Shown here piece after piece: positions 25,970-37,680 of a DNA stretch of 64,000 nucleotides. Source of the stretch: Basidiobolus meristosporus CBS 931.73. Lineage: Eukaryota > Fungi > Basidiobolomycota. Position 1 is the first letter of the stretch. The number at the start of each line of letters is the position of its first letter. Under the pieces are notes generated by a model. It searched no databases. It saw only the letters and a list, made by a program, of their open reading frames with translations, and was not told the origin of the DNA. The DNA lies in assembly GCA_002104905.1 (NCBI GenBank), contig MCFE01000138.1, forward strand, positions 93,486 through 157,485, read 5' to 3'. Both the position numbers and the translations under genes were made by a program.

Positions 25970-26515
25970 TTAATGTCTGTTTCCACTGAAATATCTAACT
26001 TTGAAGTGGCGACGAGCAGATCTCTTATACTTCTTGTACCCACCTCTAAGCGCACGCGCTGCTGGCTGAGTGATGATAATTTGTGGCTGTTGCTGCTTGG
26101 GCTGGTACAGGGTTTGATCAATGACCTGCGCTTGGTCGAACTGGTTTGAGTTGGACAAGGCATTGGCTTTACTGGAGGAATGGCCATTGATTTTGTCCAG
26201 CAAAGCTTGGGATGGTTGAAGATTGGAAATATCGAACCCTTGCAACCCAGAGAATCCTGGCTGCTCACCCGAAGTCTCGCTTGTCTGCATTGGCTCACTC
26301 ATCTCCGAATCATCCCCCTCCTCAGTTGACGGCTGGTATTCTTGACTGGGGGCCGAAGTGTCCTGATAACAAGCACCCTGTTGTTCGACGCATGGCTCAT
26401 TGGTGAAGGCTACCTGGGAGTCACCGAGTGGGGTAGCGGAGATTGCTTGCAACGAAGCGATGGCGGAAGCTAGCAAGAGGAAGGAAAGCTGCATGACTGG
26501 CTGGTGGAGTCTCAT
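25970..26515 (-). CDS. Family C intact secreted protein C3 (181 aa; the second ATG at 26494 may be the true start)
   Basis: MQLSFLLLASAIASLQAISA signal; ALSNSNQFDQAQVIDQTLYQPKQQQP; tail KKYKRSARRHFKVRYFSGNRH. Confidence 0.85.
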   Translation of the reverse strand: MRLHQPVMQLSFLLLASAIASLQAISATPLGDSQVAFTNEPCVEQQGACYQDTSAPSQEYQPSTEEGDDSEMSEPMQTSETSGEQPGFSGLQGFDISNLQPSQALLDKINGHSSSKANALSNSNQFDQAQVIDQTLYQPKQQQPQIIITQPAARALRGGYKKYKRSARRHFKVRYFSGNRH

Positions 26516-27813
26516 GCGAATTTTGACGATTTATATCACCTCGATCCCACTCAATTAGGCTTTGTTCATAGCACTAGCTTTATGCGAGCTAGATTGATTT
26601 AACCTTTGCTACTTTACCTCTTCGTACCAAGGCTTCAAAGTGTGAAGAATGAGGGAGATCTGGTCAATGATATCCTTAATATCGTTCAAAATTCTCTCAG
26701 TTTTTGCAATAACTATCCGTGTTAGTAAGGACTTTGGTAATTTTTTACTAATGAGCTTGAGGGTTACCGTCGAGAAAGTCCAAGGTCATTGCGGTCAATT
26801 TCAATGGGGTTTGGTACTCCTTTGTATCAGTGTAGTACTGTAAGCTTAACATGCACTTTTGGTATTGTTATTCCATCTTTAAGGCAAGTATCTCTTACGA
26901 TAGTCCTGTCATTGCCTGGAAGGTATTGTCCTTTGGTAGTGCTGTTTTCTTGCTATACACATGCTTAAATATATTGCTGATCTGACCCTGCCTCAACTGG
27001 AGAGCAGCCACCACAGTCAAGCTTTGGGGCAGGCTTATTAAATTAACCTGTTATTACAAGAACCTAGGGTTGTCGCTGATTGGTGAACAATACGACTGTC
27101 ATGGGGTGTACAGCACAGTACAGGCGAGAATAAATTGATCAGCTGTTTGCCAAGAGTTGGGGATATTGAGTGGATAGTGCTTGGGATAGTTGAGGCTGCC
27201 TTGGAATTTCTTGTTGTAGTACACGCGTTTTCAATTAGTTATTTGTCAAGAAACAAGCCAAATGTGACTGTTCACTTTATTCGTGTTACGCTTTATCTAT
27301 GCTGCTACAATCGATAGCTTGGATGGCGATGCTTTCTTGCAAGACACATGCACTTATCTATTGCAAACTTTACCCTGCCACAGATGGAGTACAGCGTCGG
27401 ATTAAGAGCTCAGCCACCGACTACCACGGTCATTCTTTTGGGCAGGTCGATTATTTAACCTGTTATTTCAAGAACAGACTCATTGCTGATTGGTGCAAAT
27501 CCTTGTCACCAATGACCGGCATGGTGCATAGAGACGGTGCCGGCAAGAAGGAAATATTCATGGATGTGTTTAGCTAGTACTGGTTTCCTCAGGTAATGTT
27601 GCAGATTTGGCCTCAACTGTAACCATTCATGATTTCTGGATCATTTCTCCAAGCTTGGCCTAAGACTCAGCACTTTAGGTGGGAAGCCGCTATACTTAGT
27701 AGAAAAGGGCACATGAAGCAGCCAACACTAAGCCACCACCTGGATAAGGTGATATAAAGCAGCAGGTGTGGGCTTGTCAGTCTCAAGACTTATTGCACTC
27801 CACTTTCTCAGCC

Positions 27814-28032
27814 ATGGTATCCGATCAAGAAGCCCGTTTGTATTCTGCCGATGTCAGAGAAGAAATTGCCAGAGCCAAGAGAGCTAACAACGGGAACTAC
27901 GCCTCAGTCACAGTCAAAGGGATTCGCTGGACTTGGAGAGGACCCGGAACTGGCGAGCTGTCCTTCAAGCAGATCCTCGAAGGAAGAAAGGGGACCGCCT
28001 GCGTGGATAGCCAGACATGGGTAATCTCGTAG
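27814..28032 (+). CDS. Family E small non-secreted orphan protein E1 (72 aa)
   Basis: TATAAAG about 60 bp upstream, GCCATGG start context, AATAAA downstream; two more copies at 47781 and 48770. Confidence 0.6.
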   Translation: MVSDQEARLYSADVREEIARAKRANNGNYASVTVKGIRWTWRGPGTGELSFKQILEGRKGTACVDSQTWVIS

Positions 28033-28677
28033 GGTTTGGTTGGTGCCTACTTAGCCGGTGGACTCTTGGAGATATTGCTGTTATGGATATTTAGCTGAAG
28101 CATTGTGAAATAAATGAGTTCAAATCCGCGTTCCTTTGACCCAGCTGTATTATGCTCATTGCACTGTGAGCATCTAACATATGTGTGAACTGCTACTTTG
28201 ATCAGATATACGTGTACAACTGCCGTGTACAGGCATCCGTTCCAGCAATCAGTATCGTGTTGCACGCTCCGCACTTCTGAAGACAATCCTTTTCTGTTGC
28301 GGTCAATATGATATGGCACCCCTGAGGTCTTTGCTTTTGCCTTAGTAGCGTTGGCTTCCTTTAGAAAAGGCTTTGTTTAATTTCTGTTACCAAACAACCT
28401 AGAACTCAACGTATATCCTAAATAACCTTGAGACCGTTAAGCATCTATCAGCCGGACGCCACTTTGAATCTGCAACAGCTATTGCGCTGATCTTTGTAAG
28501 TGCTGAAGAAATCAACGTGTTTCTAAGCAGGAAACATAGATTATCTAGAACTCTTATTTTGAGTACTCCTGCAGCCATATAGGTATTTTGCTAGATTTGT
28601 TTTACCCTGATATCACGCAAATACTGTCTATTGGCAGTTTATGTATTTGGGAGCTTGCCTGTAGTCTAAGTGATCCT

Positions 28678-28726
28678 AATAGGGTGAATAGGGTGAGTAG
28701 GGTGAATAGGGTGAATAGGGTGAATA
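28678..28726. repeat. 5 x 9-bp G-rich minisatellite (AATAGGGTG)
   Basis: Read directly; the homologous site at about 49215 has only about two degenerate units. Confidence 0.9.
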
Positions 28727-29115
28727 ACCTTTCACAAGATTTGGTAATATGCTATCATGAAATTCACACACAAGTATTACTGTTGGAAGCACTAGTCTAG
28801 GTTGATGATTCTATAAACAGAATAGCAAGCATCAAACAGAAGCACTAAGACTAATTAGTGATTATAATGGGATCCCAGGCCCTGACCTTATGGGAATAAA
28901 TAGTCACATACATCTACTAGTGTATTTATACTTATTGTCCAGCATCCACCAGAGGTTTTTGACAGAGTAGCACTTTTATTTATACCGTTGTAAATGATGT
29001 GTAGCATGTATGGTTAGAATACCCCAACATACACTGTTTACTTCTTTATCCAGCTACTTTGTATACTTGCATTATTTCTAGCATTCAACATTGAACGTAT
29101 TGGATTTATTAATCA

Positions 29116-29291
29116 TCAGATACAGCATCTTTGGCCAGACTTGCATCCAGTGTCCCAGAACACGGATCTCCAACGCACAAGGAGCCTCTTGAGTTCCCTT
29201 GGGCTTGGCACGAGAGAGCATCTACGGAGCCGGAACTGGAGCTGGCCACAAGGAAGGCGACCATCAAGGAGACTGCAAATTTCTTCATCAT
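29116..29291 (-). pseudogene. Defensin-like peptide D1, frameshifted by a 22-bp deletion
   Basis: Same sequence as D2/D3 apart from a few substitutions and loss of TCCGGTAGCTGCCCCACCGGTT between GTT microhomologies. Confidence 0.85.
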
Positions 29292-30389
29292 TGTTTTGAT
29301 TGAGAGCTTAGTGTGTGAATGATGTCTAGCAGCAAGGTTAGCTCAATATATAGGCGTCATTTCCCCATTGTTGCACATACTTTCGTCGATAGTCGCTGTG
29401 GCTAGCTCTACATATGGTTGTGCAAGAGAAGAAGGTTACCTGGGTAATGTAAACCAGCTCAGAAGGTTACCTTGGTAATGTAAACCAGTTCCAGGAAATT
29501 ATATGTATTGATGGCCAACATCAAAAGAGCAGTAGCATTGAAATGGTATTTCTCGTATGGCATAGTGTCACCTCTTTATTCAAACATATAAATGATGCGG
29601 CAATAATATGCAAAATCAAAGGTAGCAATCCTTGAACTGGGCTGCTCATCACATTTTGTGCCACACAGCTTTTGCCGTGCAATACACTCATCTACAAAGA
29701 ATGTTCTAAATGCAGTACCACACGGCTGAAAGTAAGCCTTCCCTGTTAGTTTCAAGTGTAGAACTACTTTGCCGATAGTTCATTAGATAATTTATTAGGT
29801 AGATACAACATCTTTGGTGTCCCGGAATACCAACCTTTGACCAATACCTGAAGGGCGCAAGTAGAGAGTGTCAGCACAGCTGGCCTCAATAATAGCAGGT
29901 AAGGAGAGTTGCAACATGTAAAGTAACCAAGTACTCTTGAAGCATGTGCAATATAGGTCATTACGTACACTGCTAATTATCCTTCCTCTGTGCAAAGCAC
30001 TCACTCAACGGTTGTTGTGGCTAGGCAGTCTGTAACAATGGAATATGTAAACCAGCTCTATACACGAATAACAATGTAATGGTTACATTCACTCTACTTA
30101 TTGACAGTTATAGCAATCATGATATACAGCATTGTTGCTTATACAGTGTAAATGATATATAGCACTGTGGCAAACAACAGTTCAATAGATGGTTCCCAAT
30201 ACAGTTGCACATATTAAGCCCCAAAGATGAGACCAGCATATTTTGCTATACTATTGACTCCCATTATACTGCTATATAGTTGCTTCTTGCTTCTTAAGCA
30301 CTAATCTCCGTATATACAATACGGCTTGTCTCTAGCATCTGCATTGTCATGTGTACGTTCCACATTGAACGTACTGGATTTATTAATCA

Positions 30390-30587
30390 TCAGATACAGC
30401 ATCTCTGGCCGGACTTGCATCCGGTATCCCAGAGCACGGATCTCCAACCGGTGGGGCAGCTACCGGAAACGCACAAGGAGCCTCTTGAGTTCCCTTGGGC
30501 TTGGCACGAGAGAGCATCTACGGAGCCGGAACTGGAGCTGGCCACAAGAAAGGCGACCATCAGGGAGACTGCAAATTTCTTCATCAT
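30390..30587 (-). CDS. Secreted 6-Cys beta-defensin-like peptide D2 (65 aa)
   Basis: Signal MMKKFAVSLMVAFLVASS..DA; mature LSCQAQGNSRGSLCVSGSCPTGWRSVLWDTGCKSGQRCCI (C-x10-C-x4-C-x12-C-x5-CC); TATATA upstream, AATAAA downstream. Confidence 0.85.
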   Translation of the reverse strand: MMKKFAVSLMVAFLVASSSSGSVDALSCQAQGNSRGSLCVSGSCPTGWRSVLWDTGCKSGQRCCI

Positions 30588-31664
30588 TGTTTTGATTGAG
30601 AGCTTAGTGTGTGAATGATGTCTAGCAGCAGGGTTGGCTCAATATATAGGCGTCATTTCCACATTGTTGTACATACTTTCGTCGATAGTCGCTGTGGCTA
30701 GCTCTACAAATGGTTGTACATGAGAAGAAGGCTACCTGGGTAATGTAAACCAGTTCCACAGAGCTGCAGCATTGAGATGATGTTAATACACAAAAACAAA
30801 TTGGCAATCCATGAACCGGGTTGCTCATCAGACATGCTATTGTGTAGTGGTAGTCCTACACCAATAAAGCATCTTTGGCCTCTAACTGGAAAGTAAATCA
30901 AGACCTCAAGATGCATAGACAATCTCGATAATTACGTTTACTGTAACATGTACATTCCATGACTGTTGTGGCTAAGCAGTCTGTGACAACGGAATGAGTG
31001 TGGGTACATTGATTACAGTCAAATCTACCATTTGAGACTTAAAGCGGTAATGATATTCAATCGGGATATGCAAAGTCCTAGGTAACACTGTCGCTTATAA
31101 AGCATAAATGAATCTTGATTTTTAGGCCTAGATGCTGCTATTTGCAATAACACGCAAGTATTTGATATAACTTTAGTGTTTGTAACGATTTGCATTGATT
31201 TTGCTACAAGTAAATATAGATATGAGATTGCTGTCCCACTTGGGAATTGAAATATGTTGTGTTCTTTACGACGACTTAGCCGATAATTCATTAGATAATT
31301 TATTACGTAGATACAACATCTTTGGTGTTCCGGAATATCAAACTTTGACTTACGCCTGAAGGGCGCAAGTAGAGAGTGTCAACACAACTGGCCTCCATAA
31401 TGGCAGGTAAGGAAAGTTGTAATATGTAAAGTAAGCAAGTCCTCTTGACGCATGAGCAATACAGGACATCATGTACACTGTTACTTATCCTTCCTCTGTG
31501 CAAAACACTCACTCACATAAAGAGGAGGCTAGCATATTTTGCTACACTTTGGCCATAGTTACTGCTTGCTTCTTAAGCGCCAATCTCCGAATACTCTGTC
31601 CTGTTTCTAGCATCTGCATTATTGTGTGTAAATTCAACATTGAACATATTGGATTTATTAACTA

Positions 31665-31862
31665 TCAGATACAGCATCTTTGGCCAGACTTGCATCCAGT
31701 ATCCCAGAACACGGATCTCCAACCGGTGGGGCAGCTACCGGAAACGCACAAGGAGCCTCTTGAGTTTCCTTGGGCTTGGCACGAGAGAGCATCTACGGAG
31801 CTGGAACTGGAGCTGACCACAAGGAAGGCGACCATCAAGGAGACAGCAAATTTCTTCATCAT
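31665..31862 (-). CDS. Secreted 6-Cys beta-defensin-like peptide D3 (65 aa)
   Basis: Third unit of a roughly 1.28-kb tandem array; the mature peptide differs from D2 only by L>F. Confidence 0.85.
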   Translation of the reverse strand: MMKKFAVSLMVAFLVVSSSSSSVDALSCQAQGNSRGSLCVSGSCPTGWRSVFWDTGCKSGQRCCI

Positions 31863-33029
31863 TGTTTTGATTGAGAGCTTAGTGTGTGAATGATGTCTAG
31901 CAGCAAGGTTAGCTCAATATATAGGCGTCATTTCCCCATTGTTGCACATACTTTTGTCAATAGTCGCTGTGGCTAGCTCTACAAATGGTTATGCAAGAGA
32001 AGAAAGTTACCCGGGTAATGTAAACCAGCTCAGAAGGCTACCTGGGTAATGTAAACCAGTTCCACAAAGCTGCAGCATTATGGCATAGTGGTACAGAGTT
32101 AATGTGGTATTAATACACAAAATCAAAATCCATAAACCGGGTTGCTCATCAGATATGCTATTGTGTAGGGGTAGTTCTACACCAATAAGGCATCTTTGGT
32201 CTCTAACGGGAAAGTAAATCAGGACCTCGAGATGCATAGACAATGTTGATAATTACGTTTACTGTAGCATGTACATTCTATGGCTGTTGTGGCTAAGCAG
32301 TCTGTAACAATGGAATGAGAGTGAATACCGTTTGAGACTTAAAGCGGTAATGATATTCAATCAACATATGCAACGCCCTAGGTAGCACTGTCGCTTATAA
32401 AGTATAAATGATATATAACATTGTTGCACATGGTCTGCGATAAACACTAGCTAGAGAACCCCAAAAATACCGATGAATCTTGATTTTAAATCTAGATGCC
32501 GCTATTTGCAATAACACGCAAGTGTTTGTTGGATGACTCTTTGATTTTTCGTCATTCCACATACAAGTAAATATAGATATGACTAAGTGGTATGCAATGG
32601 CTTTGTGGATAAGAAGCTTACTACTTTTCATTCATTAAAGTAGTGACTAGTGGTGAAGTTTATCCACAGCTTACATTAATAAGACTTTACCCGTGGAAAT
32701 ACACACTGAAGATTAAGATATTTACCATCTGGGCACTAACTGCCTGATCCTCTTTCCCTCATATCCCGACATGTGCTTGTGCATACAAGTGCGTTGTTAG
32801 ACTTGGTATTGCCACTATTGCCCTACTTAGAGTTGAACCAAGAGTACTGGTGAAATGAGCGAAGTGCAATTTAATGAATCAATCAGTGCTGTTCATTGTC
32901 CTTGTCAAGCCATAACAAAATATTCGGTTAGGCCATCAATCCATTCAAATTGTTCATGTCTCTAGAGCGGGCTAAGTCTTGGCATAGTGGTGGGCTGAGA
33001 TGATAGACCCGAATCGAGGCTACATTCAC

Positions 33030-33320
33030 TGCGTTGGTGGCAAGAAAACTGAGTATGTAACACCGCAGGTTTGTTCATTCATTTCAATGAAGCCTTTTTG
33101 GATGAGAAATAGAAGTACGATAACAGCCATGCATCCTCAATACTTCGGTGCATGCGTTGGTATGCCGGCCAAACTCCGCACTTCCCATTGTAAGATGAGC
33201 TATGAGGAATCAAGTCGGCAATCTCCAGAATAACCGTGTCAAACACTCTTCTTCCGGATTGAGCGTTTTCTTTGGCGCATTTGTCTACCCATAGACCATG
33301 GTTACTGAGATGTGAGTGTA
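33030..33320 (-). pseudogene. Unknown-family pseudogene G2
   Basis: Collinear with about 22900-23250. Confidence 0.45.
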
Positions 33321-35149
33321 ATATACAACAATGCAAGGCATATTTTAAGAGAACACGTACGCTTTTGGACCTGACTTACCGGAGTAAGGACTTCACCTTT
33401 GAAACAGTGTCTGTGGTACTAGGGGATCGAGCTAGAAGCGAGATAAATAGATTGATAATTACAATGCCTCTCTGTACCCCCCCCACTGGCAATATGCCCC
33501 AGCACAGATAGCTATTGCCCGAAATCATTACGCAGGAGTGTCACCATACAGTCATTCCTGAGGTATGTGAGTGTGGTATGGGTCTACTAAGGAACAGTAA
33601 AGGTAACCTAAAGCGATGGTAATGAATATCAAAGTATTGTAATAAATAATCTCAATCCCATAACTCTTAGCCCCTTCATTCTATCTTTCGCTAAATTTCG
33701 ATTTTCGAACAAGTGAGCAGTTGGGTAGAGTGGCGTCTATCTGTAGCTCAAGCTTCTGGAGAACTGGTTGGGTGAAGGCTTGAGTAGTGGGTCCCTGCTG
33801 ATGATTTCGATCCATGTCGAGGGCGTTGTCCTCTGGAGCCTAGTGTTGACATTGGCATCTTCAAGTAATTGCGAGATGGCAAGGTTATTAAAGACTTGGG
33901 GAACGCGTGAGGCTGGCAACAGAGCAACGAAAACCAAGCGCACTGGAGCAGTCAGAGGTTGGCAAGTCTGAGTGGATGGTCACCAGTAGCCGCTACAATA
34001 AAGTTCGACTACCGACTTACTCTTTTCCGTTTTTTATGCAAAGTTGTGTGCCCGCTTAAACATTCAGCTATGAGTTTTGATTTTAAAGATCAGAAAACTG
34101 TAATCGTAATCATACAAGTATGTCATTTTGCAAACAAAATTTTAAGTATTTTTCTTTTCTTTGCTTGCTGATTTTCAATATGAATATGTAGCGAGAGAGA
34201 TTGGTATTTTGATTTGATTTTTGAATGATATTTGGTTAACAACAAGCTGTCAGAATGTGCAGACCGTCCTCGCCAGGCTGTTGGAATAATCAACCGGCAA
34301 GTTCATCAACTGAACAGGTCCTAAGGTCCCGAAAGACCGATCGGCCACTGTTCACACTTCCCTTTACGGACAGCGCACTACGTCTCATCTACCAGCTTGG
34401 TATTAGTGTCTTTGTTGGGAAACAAAGACTGGGAATGTACTATATACATAATCCTGTAAAGTACAGTCGTAACGATACCAAACGACAGATGCCCCCTATT
34501 TATAGGGAAAAAATCGATAAAAATTTTCACTCATTTCGTGGCCAAATCCCATAATATTGAAATCGATGAAAATAACAGTATTATATATACTACTCCGGAC
34601 TAGAGTAATTGACTATGAAATAACCAACTACGTAAGAACAGTGCCATTCCTGTGTGCACGCTTCAAGCCCTTGCTTGAGAAATCGTAGTATGAGTCGTTT
34701 TGCGTCTCACGAATAATGCAATCGTATGTTGACTTGAACCAAAAATCACATTTACGGCAATTTAACCCCCAATATCGATACAACTATTTACAGATCGATG
34801 GAATGAGTACACAAACATTGAAACTGGCGCTAAATAGAGCTCACTGACATCTTAAGGTAGGAGCCCACCAGTTCTCCAAATGCGGTAGTTGATACACAAC
34901 GCTGATTGAGCTTCTCTACCCGGCTATGTTGCATGCACTATTTACCCTTGTACCAACCAAATGTAAAGTGTCCCTGTTCCTCCGGTGTGTGTCGTTGTGG
35001 GGAATTGCCAAATGTCGATTCTTTTTGGACTAGTACACCGTGTCTACCGCGGATTGATAGTCTATGATACTGTGAGAGTAGGGTAGTCGCGCAAAGAGGG
35101 CTTATTTGTCTTGCATACTCAATATTCTCAGTTAAGGCTGATATATCTA

Positions 35150-35632
35150 TTAGGCGCAATTGTCAGCACAATGAGTGTATTGAATATTTTGTTCTTTCAC
35201 ACATTATGTCTCTGTTACTGGGGTTGTGTACTGTACATCTTGGGTGGGCTGCATCAGAACGTAGGGAGAGAAAGAACTATAGTCCTTTTGCTCGGCATAT
35301 TCTAATGCGTTGCCCCGACCCTCCAGTTCAAGACTGGGCCCTGCTTGCTACTTGACATTGAAGCCCTGATTGCTGTTGGCATTAGCAATGTTCAGGCTAT
35401 CTTGCTTTCTGGTCACGGTGGTGAAAACCTGACGCAATAACGGGGATCGGACATTGGGTGTCTTAAAAACAGGCAAAACTCGAACGTTTTGGTGGTAATC
35501 GGTCGCATACTGTACACATGGTAAACTACGATAATGAACCCTTCTATACTCGCGAGTGCATGGAGAAGAACAGACGATTGGGGCAGCAACGGCAACTTGA
35601 TTCGCGGCAAGGCCTACAGGGATAAAGCGCAT
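35150..35632 (-). pseudogene. Family B copy B4 (shortened signal peptide, in-frame TAG and TAA)
   Basis: ATG at 35632; collinear with B3; stop at 35348-35350. Confidence 0.8.
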
Positions 35633-35844
35633 GTGGAACGAATAACGTATTTGTGGCTGTTGTATAGCATACAACATGGGTTAGCTGGTAAAATTGCTAT
35701 TATATATTTCATGGATTAATCAGGTCATTACTCACACAATTATTATACTTTTCGAGTACCATCGGTATTTTGCATTCCCTTCACTCGTTATTTTTTCAAT
35801 TTTCTTCCATTATTTTGTGGAACTCACGATGATTTTCTGGAGTA

Positions 35845-36306
35845 TCTTTGAAGTGGCGACGAGCAGAGCTAAAATACTTCTTGTACCCACCTCTACTGCT
35901 GGCTGAGTGATGATAATTTGTAGAGGGTTTGATCAATGACTTGCGCCTGATCGAACTGATTTGAGTTGGACAAGGCATTGGCTTTACTGGCAGAATGGCC
36001 ATTGATGTTGTCCAGTAAGGCTTGGGATGGTTGTAAATTTGAAATGTCAAACCCTTGCAACCCGAAGTCTGGCTCGTTTGCATTGGCCCACTCATCTCCG
36101 AATCATCCACCTCCTCAGTTGACGGCTGGTGTTCTTGACTGGGGGGCTAAGTGTCCTGATAATAAGCACCCCGTTGTTCGACGCATGGCTCATTGGTTGA
36201 GGCTACCTGGGAGCCACCAAGTGGGGTAGCGGAGATTGCTTGCAGTGAAGCGATGGCGGAAACTAGCAACAGGAAGGAAGGCTGCATGACTGATTGGTGA
36301 AGTCAT
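35845..36306 (-). pseudogene. Family C copy C4 (premature TAG, deletions)
   Basis: Collinear with C3; TCG>TAG after YQDT; the QQQP segment is deleted. Confidence 0.8.
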
Positions 36307-37569
36307 GCGGACTCTCTCGATCCCACACAATTAGCTTAATGCGAGCTAGATTGATTTAACCTGAGTGCCTCGCCGTTTGCTACTTCTCAAAAAATGTGAG
36401 ACAGTGCATACACGAAATAGTAATCAGCATTTAATTTCAACCAAGTGCTTTATAGTATAAAGCTAGCAGTAGACAATGAGAATGTAGACATTGGGAAGAG
36501 TGATGCTTAAAAGAGGGCACAGTAGTTCTTGGCGCAATTAGTGTTGTCAAAAACGCAGTCCGAGTCCTTGGTGCATGTCTGATATTCGGAGCCACTGCAA
36601 AAAGACTTTAGCGTCAGTAAGAATGCAAACTTACTAAACCTTTGAATATTGTTGATGTAACACCACTCTGGTGCACTTTGCTACATATCCAATGCCAAAC
36701 GAGATAATCGCTACTCCTCCATGGCACTGAATACCTTGTAAGTTACTGTTTCTGTACAGAAAACTCCATGGCAACTTACCCTTCTCCAGCAGTAGCCTTT
36801 GTTACATATCCTTGCCGCCTTTTTGCTTAGTAATCCCACAGACGAGGTTTGAGCTTTTTGCTGTCTGCTCAAAGCGATCCAGCTAAGAGGATATTTATGA
36901 AAAGCATTTTGTCGTTAAGTGTTTCTTGAATGGTCACTCCTAACAACTAGCGGATATTGCTTTGCTTTTTTGAGGATGGTTCTTGTTTGCACCCATAATT
37001 GCAATAATCCTTTGATTGGTCGTAAAGCTGGTTCAGTCGTTGATATACAATCTTCTACGCATCTACGCGGAGCTTTCCCGATTTATTAAACCTTCTCAAT
37101 CCCATTCAATTAGGCTTCGTTCATAGCATTATGCAAGATAGATTGATTTAACCCGGTTGGCTTAGAGTACTCGTGTGAATAAATTTATTTGTTGTTTGTC
37201 AAGAGTCGACAATATTGAGTGGATAGTACAGGGATTAGTTGAGGTTACCTTGGGCTTTCTTGTTGCGATATACGCACTTTTGATTAGTTATATGTGTTCG
37301 GCATTGACTGTGCCAATACACTCGAAAACCTGGATTCCCACAATTGATTTATCAGTGTAGCTTGCCTGAATGAAGGTTTGATATACGAGCCCTTTGGTAC
37401 CCATGTTCCATCTCTAAGCAGGGAAGGCGCCACACTCTTTGCCTCTGGCAAGTCGTTGAATAAATGACATAGCTTCTCCCCATGAAATAAGTTTATACGG
37501 CACAGGTAGCATATCCTCCTGATGCAGAGGTATCAGCCTCATCCAAGATAGCTAGATTGACTCTGTGGT

Positions 37570-37680
37570 TGAGGCCTTCATTCTTGCCTTGGTTGGCGGC
37601 ATTGAAAGTCAGGGTAATGAAGTCAATCTTGGCCAATTTCTTGATGTAAAGGCCCGCAGTATGTTCCTTCACTCCTTGTT
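37570..37680 (-). pseudogene. Fragment of an alpha/beta hydrolase (YcjY/PA2218-like)
   Basis: GVKEHTAGLYIKKLAKIDFITLTFNAANQGKNEG resembles the family motif as I recall it (GVKEQTAGLYAxKLAxxGFxTLAFDAAYQGES); the flanks do not continue the homology. Confidence 0.55.
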
